A DNA stretch of 38,211 nt, from the IMG/VR virus record IMGVR_UViG_2695420600_000008. The stretch is one strand, 5' to 3'. The notes beneath the pieces are model-generated. The model was not told the origin of the DNA. It searched no databases and saw nothing but the letters and a program-made list of their open reading frames with translations. Source of the DNA: a virus. Its lineage: Duplodnaviria; Heunggongvirae; Uroviricota; Caudoviricetes. This document shows positions 27,532-36,888 of this stretch, piece by piece (the stretch's first letter is position 1; each line of letters starts with the position of its first letter). Position numbers and translations under genes: made by a program.

Positions 27532-30287
27532 TTTCCACTGGTCAGGCCACCCCGCAGCAGGTCTGCTTTGCGGCGGGCGCGTTCAGTGGTTTCACTGATT
27601 CTCTGTGCGTGCTCTGCGTCGCGGATGGCGCGCAGCATGTCAGAAAGCACGGTAACGGGTGTTTTCATGGTGTTCTGGTCCTGCTGAAGTGTGGATGCCA
27701 GGCGTGCGGCGGCTTCAGGGTCTGATGCCCCCAGCTGTGTCAGATAGCTGGCGACCGGGTTATGGCGGATCTCCGTGCTGCTTACGCCATGATTACGGCT
27801 CAGGCGCTGCCAGAGCTGCGTGATTCGGCTGTCCGGGCGGGTATCCGGTTTGCGTACAATTTCAAATCCCTGCGGTGCAATGATGCTGCCGTCAACGTAC
27901 AGACTGCCGCCCCGTAACAGGTGCTGCATCTGTTGTTCACCGATATGCAGGCCGAGAGATTCAGCAGACTCCCGCCATTCTTTAGCGAGTAATTCGTGGT
28001 TATCAGGCAAAGGCCGCTGCTGTTTGCGGCTCTGTGTCCAGCTCTGCATTTCATCACTGCTGTTTTTTGCCTGTTTGTCACGAAGCGAACGCATCAGCGC
28101 CCGGCGTTCGTGCCGTTTCAGTGAGCGCATCCATTCATCCACATCAACGCCGTCAGGGAGCTGCGGCCACGGTGCTGGCCGTTCTTCCGGCTGTTCTGTC
28201 CCGTTGTTGTCCGTTTCCTGTACACGGGGACAGTTATTGCCACGAGTCCAAGGGGCGGCAGGGCCGCCCTGAAGGTCAAAACCATTTTCGCGGGCGCTGT
28301 CTTCCGCTTCCGGTTTGCGTCTTACCAGCTTCCAGTTATCCGGATGCGTGCACACACGGGAGGATTCCCCGATGAGTGGTGACCAGATCCCGTAAATCTG
28401 TACGCTCTGTTCGCCGTAATCGTTCAGCTCATCGGCGAGGTCGTAGGCGGTGCGAATCAGGTAGTCTTTGCGTGGAACAAGTACGCCGCCCTGTTTCTCT
28501 ATGTAGGTGGCAAAACATCCGGCATCAGCGGCGGCAAGAACCGCATCCATTGCGTCATCCTTCAGCCGTTGCGGGCCTTCCGGGTTGCGTGCCATCTGGC
28601 TGGCAAGGCGGCGCAGTTCACGCCATACCTGGCGGGAGGGGATGCCAAAGAACTGGAACTGGCGGACCCGGTGAAGGCGCGCCCAGCCGATGGCGCGTTC
28701 CACGCTCTCGGCCATTGATTTTCCGGTTTCGTGGTCAACGCGTGGCTTGCCCGTTTTCGGGTCGATGCCATCCACGGCGCGGCTGTCCAGGTTTTTCCCG
28801 ATGTAGGTGGCGATGTAGCTGGTTGGCGTGCCTTTTGAGCCGTCTACATACTCCGCCTTAAAGCGCGGAGTTATGTCATCGCCCAGCTCGTGACGATCTT
28901 CCTGAATGGCAATATCGCGGGTGTGGGACACAATGGTGTCGATTTCTTCCGGATGAGCAAAGACCATCATATGCCAGTGCACGGTGCCGTCATGGTGAGG
29001 CTCCGCCGTGCGGATGCCATACCAGCGCAGGCCGTCGCGGTTCAGTTTTTTGCGGACCGTCGCAAAAAACGTGTTAACCAGGTAATCGCTGGAGTCGCGC
29101 ATTGTGGCCCCGTTCCATTTGGGATTCGGATGACCGTTCTCCGTTGTGGCGTGGTATTTTGACGGGCAGGTGACAGTCAGAAACACCGCTTTGTCGCCAC
29201 GGGCTTCGGCCAGAAGTTCCAGCCCCTTCATGGTGGCCATCATTTCTGCCTTACGGTGAACCGGGTTACTTACTCCCGCGTAATACACCGTCTCGAGATC
29301 AATCGTGAACCCGTCTTCATTTTCCAGCATGAAACTTTTCAGGAAATCGCGTGTTTTCTCGCGCTGTGCGCGAAACTCGCTTAACGCGTCCTGGCTCAGA
29401 TAGGGCGATGTTTTTCTGGAAACCAGACAGGCGGCGCGAAGTTGTTCTTCTCTCCACTCGCAACGTAACAGCCACAGTTTGCGTTTCCACCATTCCGCAC
29501 AGGTCAGGCGAAGGATTGCGCCCGGCAGCAGTTCTGTGTCCGGTTCGTGCCTCCGGTCTTTGTCTGTTGTCAGTGCGTCATAATGCGGAGGCATGGCGTG
29601 TAAGTGTAACGCCATGCGGGCCAGCATCTGATACGCCTTCAGCGTTACATCCATGGTCAGCTCGCCATCAGTCGCGCCAAAACCATCGCAGAGTTTTTCG
29701 AAGGTGCTGCTGAACATCGCCGCCGTCATGGTGGCCAGCGTCTGTATCTGGTGTTTGTTGAGTTGCGGCAGGTAAAGCAAATCGTCCAGGCGTTCACGTC
29801 CGGCAAGGGAGCGATAACCCGGTGTCAGCCAGTGTCCGTCAGTGCGATCCAGACGTTCGAATATTTTGCGCAGGGTTCCGCGTGCATAGCGTTCCGCCTG
29901 CCAGCTCTTTTTGCCTTTCCGGCGATCGGCTTCCTGTTTTTTGCGCAGGAAGGAGAGGTGGCGAATAAGCGGATCGCGCAGATAGGACGGCAGCAGGCGC
30001 AGCGAGGCCATGGCTTCATCCACCGCGCCGCGTGCCTGTTTTCTGGCGTCTCCTGCCAGTGTGATGGTTTTGTCCTGTTTTTCCTGTGCGTCCAGGCTTT
30101 TATTAATCAGGTTGCCCAGTGGCGTGGCGGAGAACGCCGCATCAGCCATTTCCTGGCGGCGCTCGTTCTCTGCCCGGTGGGCATCCAGCCAGGAGGAAAG
30201 CGCGGATTCAGGAGCGGGGATCCCCGTTCCTTCACGCCCCACTGCGTGGCGCGGTTGTTGCCAGTCCCTGATGTACTCTGCCGTCAT
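27465..30287 (-). CDS. A: replication initiation endonuclease gpA (rolling-circle initiator)
   Basis: 940-aa ORF; central region (…FLTVTCPSKYH…WYGIRTAEPHHDGTVHWHMMVF…YIATYIGKNLD…) resembles the P2/186 GPA family; long C-terminal extension relative to my memory of P2 A (~760 aa). Confidence 0.8.
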   Translation of the reverse strand: MTAEYIRDWQQPRHAVGREGTGIPAPESALSSWLDAHRAENERRQEMADAAFSATPLGNLINKSLDAQEKQDKTITLAGDARKQARGAVDEAMASLRLLPSYLRDPLIRHLSFLRKKQEADRRKGKKSWQAERYARGTLRKIFERLDRTDGHWLTPGYRSLAGRERLDDLLYLPQLNKHQIQTLATMTAAMFSSTFEKLCDGFGATDGELTMDVTLKAYQMLARMALHLHAMPPHYDALTTDKDRRHEPDTELLPGAILRLTCAEWWKRKLWLLRCEWREEQLRAACLVSRKTSPYLSQDALSEFRAQREKTRDFLKSFMLENEDGFTIDLETVYYAGVSNPVHRKAEMMATMKGLELLAEARGDKAVFLTVTCPSKYHATTENGHPNPKWNGATMRDSSDYLVNTFFATVRKKLNRDGLRWYGIRTAEPHHDGTVHWHMMVFAHPEEIDTIVSHTRDIAIQEDRHELGDDITPRFKAEYVDGSKGTPTSYIATYIGKNLDSRAVDGIDPKTGKPRVDHETGKSMAESVERAIGWARLHRVRQFQFFGIPSRQVWRELRRLASQMARNPEGPQRLKDDAMDAVLAAADAGCFATYIEKQGGVLVPRKDYLIRTAYDLADELNDYGEQSVQIYGIWSPLIGESSRVCTHPDNWKLVRRKPEAEDSARENGFDLQGGPAAPWTRGNNCPRVQETDNNGTEQPEERPAPWPQLPDGVDVDEWMRSLKRHERRALMRSLRDKQAKNSSDEMQSWTQSRKQQRPLPDNHELLAKEWRESAESLGLHIGEQQMQHLLRGGSLYVDGSIIAPQGFEIVRKPDTRPDSRITQLWQRLSRNHGVSSTEIRHNPVASYLTQLGASDPEAAARLASTLQQDQNTMKTPVTVLSDMLRAIRDAEHAQRISETTERARRKADLLRGGLTSGNKKQTETGLTNPVNEQKTRSDI

Positions 30288-30293
30288 AGTGAT

Positions 30294-30659
30294 TTACTTC
30301 GTCATGCCATTCAGGGTGTCGCGGCAGACTGTAGCCAGCCGCTGAATTTCCAGCACGGTGTCTTCTGTGTCGGCATGGCGATGTGTGATGCGGATGCTGT
30401 CGGCAATCACATCGACGATTGCAGAGGATGGGCGCTGGTAAATGCCAATAACGGACGGGGTGCCACCTTCAATGCGGTAAAGCCTGTAATTTCCCTCGTG
30501 GCTGTCAATCATGTAGCGACCATCAATAACAATCTTTCCGTCAGCGAGCTGCGGTACAGGCAGGGATTTCAGGTACATGTCATAACGATCACGCACGCGA
30601 GCGGCAAGATCACGCTCTGTGTTGAGCAGGTATTCAAGAAAGTCGTTGGCGAGAATCAT
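30294..30659 (-). CDS. hypothetical early protein (121 aa)
   Basis: ORF immediately upstream of A in the early operon. Confidence 0.5.
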   Translation of the reverse strand: MILANDFLEYLLNTERDLAARVRDRYDMYLKSLPVPQLADGKIVIDGRYMIDSHEGNYRLYRIEGGTPSVIGIYQRPSSAIVDVIADSIRITHRHADTEDTVLEIQRLATVCRDTLNGMTK

Positions 30660-30800
30660 TGCGGCAATCCTCTTGTTACAGATGTGCGAAGGCCTCCCGC
30701 CGCAAGGTGCAGGAAAGGCCCGGAACAGGAATTAATGGAGTTTGTTTTGCTGCCGGATGAGCTGCTGAAGCCCGACGTGGTTTCCGGCAGTTGGAGGTGC

Positions 30801-31046
30801 TCATGCTCTGATTTCCCTCAGTAGCTGGTTGAACATCTGGGTTAGTGGGTTGCTACACCCAAACGGCATCAGGTTTACCTGATAAGAAAAGCGACCGCCT
30901 GTTTTGCGCTCTTTTCTTGTGACTAAACCGCTGCGCCAGAGACGGCGTAGCTCCGCATTAATGGTTGTGGTTGGTGTATTCAGTGCTGCGGCGATTTCTC
31001 CACTGCTACAACCCGGATTGGCAGCGATGTAGTCCAGAATGGTCAT
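30801..31046 (-). CDS. small winged-helix-like DNA-binding protein (putative)
   Basis: 81 aa; MTILDYIAANPGCSSGEIAAALNTPTTTINAELRRLWRSGLVTRK… helix-turn-helix/winged-helix signature. Confidence 0.5.
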   Translation of the reverse strand: MTILDYIAANPGCSSGEIAAALNTPTTTINAELRRLWRSGLVTRKERKTGGRFSYQVNLMPFGCSNPLTQMFNQLLREIRA

Positions 31047-31297
31047 CTGCGTGACTCCTGTACCTGTCTGATAAGATTCACCTGCACCACGTTGGTGGCG
31101 CAGAAGTAAGTGCCGTCAGTGAGATAGATATGATGTGCATCCTTTTCTGAACGGTGTTTGTCGATTGTGGTAATCAGGCGTTCGTCAACTTCGTATTCAC
31201 GTCCTCTGGAGGTGAAACGAACGACAGGAAAATGCTTAATTGCCATTACGCCTCCTTGGCGTGTGCGAATACCTCCGCGAATGCGGATTGTTTTCAC
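31043..31297 (-). CDS. hypothetical early protein (84 aa, start uncertain)
   Basis: ORF in operon, 4-nt overlap with the downstream gene. Confidence 0.4.
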   Translation of the reverse strand: MKTIRIRGGIRTRQGGVMAIKHFPVVRFTSRGREYEVDERLITTIDKHRSEKDAHHIYLTDGTYFCATNVVQVNLIRQVQESRR

Positions 31298-31338
31298 ATT
31301 TTCTTATTTAACCTGGGGTCTTATTTGCGCGGTTATTC

Positions 31339-31446
31339 TTCAGTGAAAAAGCGTTCAATCTTTTTTACTGAATTAATAATTCGCATAATCCCAATGGCGC
31401 AGACCACCGAAATAATCAGAACAAGCCATGAAATAAATATACTCAT
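31339..31446 (-). CDS. putative 35-aa small hydrophobic (single-TM) protein
   Basis: Unannotated ORF MSIFISWLVLIISVVCAIGIMRIINSVKKIERFFTEE; ATGA start/stop overlap with the upstream gene (31443..31688). Confidence 0.3.
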
Positions 31447-31688
31447 GCGATATTTCCCAGCTTATACGGTTCAATATGTTCCCCGCATTCTGCGGCACAG
31501 ATCAGCTCGGAAAGTTCGTTAAGTGCATCCAGATCATCAGCGTAAAAAGCCACGTCATACAGACTTCGGATTGCTCTGGTCAATGAGTCACGGGCCGCAC
31601 GTTCAGCATGAGCGCCTGATGCACTTAAGCGAAAATAAAAACGCTCAAGTGCTTTGTTAATGAGAGTTTTATATTCTTTGCCCATCAC
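31443..31688 (-). CDS. hypothetical early protein (81 aa)
   Basis: ORF in early operon. Confidence 0.45.
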   Translation of the reverse strand: MMGKEYKTLINKALERFYFRLSASGAHAERAARDSLTRAIRSLYDVAFYADDLDALNELSELICAAECGEHIEPYKLGNIA

Positions 31689-31696
31689 AACGCCCT

Positions 31697-31984
31697 TTAA
31701 TCTGCTTTCTGTATTTCAGCTTCTGAATCCATACAAATAATTTCGATATAGGGTTCATCGCCATTAACCTGGCGTGCCTTTTCATCTTCGCTGATGATTT
31801 CTCGTACGGTCTGGTACGGAAGTTCCACAAGCAGTCGCGTGCCGTTCAGATAAACGTAAGTGGCTTCGTCGGCTCCGTTTTTACCCGCCGGAGTCACTCC
31901 GTCAATAGCGGATGCACGTAATAACAGTTCACCGCGAAAATCAATAAAACGGATAAATACACCTTGTGCATTGTCTTTGGTCAT
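31697..31984 (-). CDS. hypothetical early protein (~95 aa)
   Basis: ORF 31697..32098 trimmed to the internal Met at 31984 (MTKDNAQGV…) to avoid overlap with the upstream gene. Confidence 0.4.
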   Translation of the reverse strand: MTKDNAQGVFIRFIDFRGELLLRASAIDGVTPAGKNGADEATYVYLNGTRLLVELPYQTVREIISEDEKARQVNGDEPYIEIICMDSEAEIQKAD

Positions 31985-31994
31985 AAAGCACCTG

Positions 31995-32333
31995 TTATAA
32001 ATCAGCCTGTTTAATAAAACTTTGCCCGCGAAGCAGACGATCAACCGTGCGAAGTGCTTCGTATAATGTGAAATCCTGCCCGAACTGATTGTCGCCACAG
32101 CTCAGTGCAAAAATGCGGTTTCCGGTAAACGGATTGCGTGGGCATTTGTGGATCACGATTCCAGCTTTCTCAATCAGCCAGGCGTGCTCGCCGATTTGTT
32201 TTACTGGGTAGCCATCCGGCGTTGCGTGTGTATCACTCAGGCTGTAGCGGATGTTGCTGCGTGATGCACTGGTAGTGAAACGGTTAGCGTGGCGTTCTGT
32301 TCCGGTACAAAAATTACGGCGTTGCTTCAGCAT
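31995..32333 (-). CDS. hypothetical early protein (112 aa)
   Basis: ORF directly downstream of the cox-position gene. Confidence 0.45.
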   Translation of the reverse strand: MLKQRRNFCTGTERHANRFTTSASRSNIRYSLSDTHATPDGYPVKQIGEHAWLIEKAGIVIHKCPRNPFTGNRIFALSCGDNQFGQDFTLYEALRTVDRLLRGQSFIKQADL

Positions 32334-32347
32334 AAAATGACACCTCG

Positions 32348-32626
32348 TTATTTTGTCATCTGCACGTATTTCTCTGCGTTTCTGATGGTTTTCAGGAAAA
32401 TTGCGAAGAGATTTACTTTGCGTTTTGTGTTTCTTCCTTCTTGAGTAACGGGAATTACCGATCTATCAGCCTGCCTTCTTACAGCGAGAATGCTTTGATT
32501 TGTGCGTTTCGCATAATCCTCTAGGCTTTCTTCAAGTACCGGTAGCCCATGTTCATTACGGTATGGGTAGAACGCCGCCAAACGCTCAAAATCCGCTTGT
32601 TCGTATGTGTTAAGGACTTTTGCCAT
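32348..32626 (-). CDS. Cox/Apl-position early regulator (putative excisionase/repressor of lysogeny)
   Basis: 92-aa first gene of the leftward early operon, divergent from the C repressor gene; assigned by position only. Confidence 0.45.
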   Translation of the reverse strand: MAKVLNTYEQADFERLAAFYPYRNEHGLPVLEESLEDYAKRTNQSILAVRRQADRSVIPVTQEGRNTKRKVNLFAIFLKTIRNAEKYVQMTK

Positions 32627-32721
32627 GGTGTGATAACCTATTCAATCTGGTGCTATTTGTGGCTCTTTGTAGCGTCAAGTGGTACTCAACTGATAACCAA
32701 TATAGTATTCAGGTGCACACC
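32627..32721. promoter_or_regulatory. immunity switch region: divergent early (Pe) and repressor (Pc) promoters with candidate operators
   Basis: 95-bp gap between divergent cox-like and C genes; direct repeat TGATAACC at 32628..32635 and 32683..32690. Confidence 0.45.
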
Positions 32722-33033
32722 ATGTCAATAGAGATATCAAAGAAGCTAAAAGCAATTCGAGAATCTGAGGGGCTTAGTCAGGCAAAGTTCGCGGATTCAA
32801 TAGGTATTGCGGTTGGTACGGTTAAGCAATACGAGACTGGTATTCGAGGTGTGGGAACGGAGGTTTTACTGAAAATCACAATGCACCCGGAATTTAAAAA
32901 ATACACTACGTGGTTGATGAGTAACGAAACAAATGAGGCTGCTGGGCAGATCAGTCCTTCTCTCTCCCCTGATGGGCCAGAAAACACATCGTCTTCTCAA
33001 AAATCCCGCAAGACTGGCACACAGCCCGGCTAA
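32722..33033 (+). CDS. C: P2 C-type immunity repressor
   Basis: ORF 32620..33033; preferred start ATG 32722 giving 103 aa; helix-turn-helix LSQAKFADSIGIAVGTVKQYETG and the C-terminal …FKKYTTWLMSNE…GQISP… pattern resemble P2 C. Confidence 0.75.
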   Translation: MSIEISKKLKAIRESEGLSQAKFADSIGIAVGTVKQYETGIRGVGTEVLLKITMHPEFKKYTTWLMSNETNEAAGQISPSLSPDGPENTSSSQKSRKTGTQPG

Positions 33034-33082
33034 TCATGGAACGCTGGGGGCATGGTGGTCTTGTAACGCTGGGGCTTCACGA

Positions 33083-34060
33083 ATGAGCATAAAATCAATT
33101 CCGGGAGGGTATCTTCTTGACATGCGTCCTGAGGGGCGTAAAGGCAAACGCATTCGCAAAAAATTTAAAACGAAATCGGATGCAGTTTTATATGAGCGGT
33201 GGGTGCTGGCGCAACAGCATAACAATGAGTGGAAAGGAAACTCCATTGATCGCCGTCCGCTGTCAGTGCTTATTGACTTGTGGTGGAAATACCACGGCCA
33301 GCTAATGAAGTCAGGGCATAACACGCGCCTTAAATTGCTGCGCTTGAGTGAGGCAATGGATGACCCGTGCGTGCATAAACTTAATACAACGATGCTCACC
33401 GAGCTACGTGTGTCCAGGATAGAGCAGGGGATACAGCCCAGCACCATAAATCGAGAGATTGGGGCGTTAAGCGCGATGTTTACCGCACTCATCTCATCCG
33501 GCCATTTTCTTAACGATAACCCCGTTCAAGGCCTTAAAGGAATGAAGGTTAACGAGCGTGAAATGGGATATCTGAGTAAGTCTGAATGTGTTCAGTTGCT
33601 GGATGCACTGGCTGAAAATCCCGATGAACGGCTGGCCGTCGAAATCCTTCTGTCGACCGGGGCGCGATGGGGCGAGGTAGCGGCACTGGAGCAGCGCCGT
33701 GTTCTTCATTGTCGAATCACTTTTTCAAAAACGAAGAACAGCAAAAACCGTACCGTTCCTATTTCTGAAAGCCTGTTTGAAAAGATCAAAAAACGGGGCG
33801 GGAAACTGGTGTTTCCGACGCTGGATTATTCATTGGTTCGCGATGTCATCAAAACGGTCGCACCTGATGTTCCTGACGGCCAGGCTGTTCATGCGCTGCG
33901 CCACACCTTCGCCAGTCATTTCATGATGAACGGCGGCAATATTCTGACGCTCCAGAAAATTCTGGGGCACGCAAAGATTCAGACAACGATGATTTATGCC
34001 CATCTTGCGCCGGATTACTTGCAGGATGCGGTGAGGTTTAATCCCTTGGGAGGAATGTAA
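33083..34060 (+). CDS. int: P2-type integrase (tyrosine recombinase)
   Basis: ORF 32933..34060; preferred start 33083 (MSIKSIPGGYLLDMRPEGRKGKRIRKKF…), ~325 aa; C-terminal catalytic motifs LSTGARWGE, HALRHTFASHFMMNGG.ILTLQKILGH and MIYAHLAPDYLQDA (catalytic Tyr) match P2 Int. Confidence 0.9.
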   Translation: MSIKSIPGGYLLDMRPEGRKGKRIRKKFKTKSDAVLYERWVLAQQHNNEWKGNSIDRRPLSVLIDLWWKYHGQLMKSGHNTRLKLLRLSEAMDDPCVHKLNTTMLTELRVSRIEQGIQPSTINREIGALSAMFTALISSGHFLNDNPVQGLKGMKVNEREMGYLSKSECVQLLDALAENPDERLAVEILLSTGARWGEVAALEQRRVLHCRITFSKTKNSKNRTVPISESLFEKIKKRGGKLVFPTLDYSLVRDVIKTVAPDVPDGQAVHALRHTFASHFMMNGGNILTLQKILGHAKIQTTMIYAHLAPDYLQDAVRFNPLGGM

Positions 34061-34062
34061 CT

Positions 34063-34563
34063 ATGGAAATAAAAAAACCTACAAAAAAAGAGTTATATGA
34101 CTATTTACTATCGAAATATATAGAAGATAAATGCAAAGAAGAAGCTGATGAAATCAATAAGAAGTCGATGAGTCGTGTCAAAAAACATAAAGAGCGGCTG
34201 ATGGAGATTACGCCAGAAATCTTCTTCCGTTTCTTGTCTGAGAAGGGGGTCTCCAGTGTCTGCCCTTCATGTGGATCGTCGCGATTATCTGTTCCAGAAA
34301 GTATGGATCTTTGCTGGGATAAAAATAAGAAACCAGAAAATTTTAACAATCTACCCCTGGAGGAACAGAGTGAGTTAATTAAAGAGAACATAAAGCATTA
34401 TGTATCTTATGCTTTTTTGGGTGATGTTAAGAGCATACCTGATATGCGCAAAACTTATTACACGCTGCATTGCCTGAATTGTGGTTACCTGAGCCTTTAT
34501 CGTACGTCTGCGGTGCTGAAGTGGTTGGAGAAAGACAAAGCGCAGGATGGTGATAATGGGTAA
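34063..34563 (+). CDS. hypothetical zinc-ribbon protein (166 aa), AT-rich moron gene
   Basis: Low GC by eye; two CxxC pairs (CPSCGSS … CLNCGY); lysine/glutamate-rich N-terminus; no homologue recognised. Confidence 0.55.
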   Translation: MEIKKPTKKELYDYLLSKYIEDKCKEEADEINKKSMSRVKKHKERLMEITPEIFFRFLSEKGVSSVCPSCGSSRLSVPESMDLCWDKNKKPENFNNLPLEEQSELIKENIKHYVSYAFLGDVKSIPDMRKTYYTLHCLNCGYLSLYRTSAVLKWLEKDKAQDGDNG

Positions 34564-35101
34564 TGTAGCAAGAAATCTTTTCGGTAATTCAGCAGGTAGT
34601 GTGTCGCATTCTGAGCGTGATGTGCTTTATCATGGTGGCGATGGCGGCAGTAGTGGAGGCGGAATGTCAGATAAACTTGAAAGGCGAATTGAGCGGCTCG
34701 AAGGTGATTTATCGCTAACAAGAAACGACCTTGCGACGCTTGCTGAACGCACTACAAACCTCTCAACTAAAGCCGATGTTGGTGAGGTGAAAGGTGAACT
34801 CAAAGCAGACATAGCACATCTGAAAGGTGATCTTGAATGCGATATTGCGAATCTGAAAGGTGAGCTTAAATCTGATACAGCTAACCTGAAAGAGCAGCTC
34901 AAATCAGACATTAACAGCCTGAAGGGTGAGCTTACCGAAGCGATGGATAAACGCTTTGACAAGATTATGGATGAGATGAATCGGCGGTTTGACAAGGTTG
35001 ATGATAATACGAAGTGGCGTTGGAGTGGCATTATTGTGCCAGTGTGCACAACCATTTTCACAGCGGCGGTTGCTGTATTTGTTGCTAAATTTGTTGGCTG
35101 A
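34547..35101 (+). CDS. hypothetical tail-anchored coiled-coil membrane protein with five 11-residue repeats (184 aa)
   Basis: Repeats LKGELKADIAH / LKGDLECDIAN / LKGELKSDTAN / LKEQLKSDINS / LKGELTEAMDK; glycine-rich N-terminus; C-terminal transmembrane helix WSGIIVPVCTTIFTAAVAVFVAKFVG; overlaps the upstream gene by 17 nt. Confidence 0.55.
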   Translation: MVIMGNVARNLFGNSAGSVSHSERDVLYHGGDGGSSGGGMSDKLERRIERLEGDLSLTRNDLATLAERTTNLSTKADVGEVKGELKADIAHLKGDLECDIANLKGELKSDTANLKEQLKSDINSLKGELTEAMDKRFDKIMDEMNRRFDKVDDNTKWRWSGIIVPVCTTIFTAAVAVFVAKFVG

Positions 35102-35293
35102 TGATCCACAAATTGACCACATCTCTGTTATTTGTTGTGGTTGGCTGTGTTTTTGTGTGTCTGTAAGTCTTTGATAATTACCTAACTTATTGATTTTTGT
35201 TTGTGTTTATGGCCGCTCTGCGGCCTTTTTTCTTTTCACTGTCGAAGAGTCACCGTAAAATCAACGCCATGACACTTCAGCAGAACGGATACC

Positions 35294-36274
35294 ATGCTGA
35301 CACTTGCCCGCCAACAACAGCGACAAAATATTCGCTGGTTATTATGCCTGTCAGTTTTGATGCTGCTGGCGCTTCTCTTAAGCCTTTGCGCCGGTGAACA
35401 ATGGATTTCGCCAGGTGACTGGTTTACTCCTCGTGGCGAACTGTTCGTCTGGCAAATTCGCCTGCCACGTACGCTGGCTGTATTGCTGGTTGGTGCGGCG
35501 CTGGCTATATCCGGCGCTGTAATGCAGGCGTTGTTTGAAAATCCTCTGGCAGAACCTGGACTACTTGGCGTCTCTAACGGCGCAGGCGTGGGGCTTATCG
35601 CCGCGGTATTGCTTGGGCAAGGGCAACTCCCCAACTGGGCGCTAGGGCTGTGTGCGATTGCTGGCGCGCTTATCATCACTTTAATACTCTTACGTTTCGC
35701 CCGTCGTCATCTTTCGACCAGTCGGTTATTGCTGGCTGGCGTTGCATTAGGGATTATCTGTAGCGCACTAATGACGTGGGCTATCTACTTTTCCACCTCT
35801 GTTGATTTACGTCAGCTGATGTACTGGATGATGGGCGGTTTTGGCGGCGTAGACTGGCGGCAAAGCTGGCTGATGCTGGCATTGATCCCCGTGTTGTTGT
35901 GGATCTGTTGTCAGTCCAGGCCGATGAATATGTTAGCACTTGGCGAGATCTCGGCGCGGCAACTGGGTTTACCCCTGTGGTTCTGGCGCAATGTGCTGGT
36001 GGCAGCGACCGGCTGGATGGTTGGCGTCAGTGTGGCGCTGGCGGGTGCTATCGGCTTTATTGGTCTGGTGATCCCACATATTCTTCGGTTGTGTGGTTTA
36101 ACCGATCATCGCGTATTACTTCCCGGCTGCGCGCTGGCAGGGGCGAGCGCAGTGCTGCTGGCCGATATTGTAGCGCGCCTGGCATTAGCTGCCGCAGAGC
36201 TGCCTATTGGCGTGGTCACCGCAACGTTGGGTGCGCCGGTGTTTATCTGGTTATTGTTAAAAGCAGGACGTTAG
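35294..36274 (+). CDS. btuC: vitamin B12 ABC transporter permease BtuC
   Basis: 326 aa, [25 protein letters not shown]…, full-length match to E. coli BtuC as I know it. Confidence 0.95.
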   Translation: MLTLARQQQRQNIRWLLCLSVLMLLALLLSLCAGEQWISPGDWFTPRGELFVWQIRLPRTLAVLLVGAALAISGAVMQALFENPLAEPGLLGVSNGAGVGLIAAVLLGQGQLPNWALGLCAIAGALIITLILLRFARRHLSTSRLLLAGVALGIICSALMTWAIYFSTSVDLRQLMYWMMGGFGGVDWRQSWLMLALIPVLLWICCQSRPMNMLALGEISARQLGLPLWFWRNVLVAATGWMVGVSVALAGAIGFIGLVIPHILRLCGLTDHRVLLPGCALAGASAVLLADIVARLALAAAELPIGVVTATLGAPVFIWLLLKAGR

Positions 36275-36336
36275 CCGCAAAAAGACGGTCTATGATTAAA
36301 AGCTAAGATTTTTACTGACCACACCCAGGAGAAACG

Positions 36337-36888
36337 ATGCAAGATTCCATTCTGACGACCGTAGTGAAAGATATCGACGGTGAAGTGACCACGCTGGAGA
36401 AGTACGCCGGTAATGTGCTGTTGATTGTCAATGTCGCCTCAAAGTGTGGCTTAACGCCGCAATATGAGCAGTTGGAGAATATTCAGAAAGCCTGGGCCGA
36501 TCGAGGTTTTGTGGTGCTGGGATTCCCGTGCAACCAGTTTCTGGAACAAGAACCGGGCAGCGATGAAGAGATTAAAACTTACTGTACCACCACATGGGGG
36601 GTGACGTTCCCGATGTTCAGTAAGATTGAAGTTAACGGCGAAGGACGCCATCCGCTGTATCAAAAATTGATTGCCGCAGCGCCGACCGCAGTCGCGCCGG
36701 AAGAGAGCGGATTCTATGCCCGTATGGTCAGCAAAGGTCGTGCACCGCTGTACCCTGATGATATTTTATGGAATTTTGAGAAATTTTTAGTTGGCAGGGA
36801 CGGATTGGTCATCCAGCGTTTTTCCCCGGATATGACGCCGGAAGACCCCATTGTGATGGAAAGCATTAAACTGGCGTTGGCAAAATAA
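36337..36888 (+). CDS. btuE: glutathione peroxidase-family protein BtuE
   Basis: 183 aa; [47 protein letters not shown]…; btuCED synteny. Confidence 0.95.

Noticed and set aside
29751-30824. 357-aa ORF on the + strand
   Set aside because: Antisense to the 5' part of replication gene A and to the adjacent early gene; no independent support.
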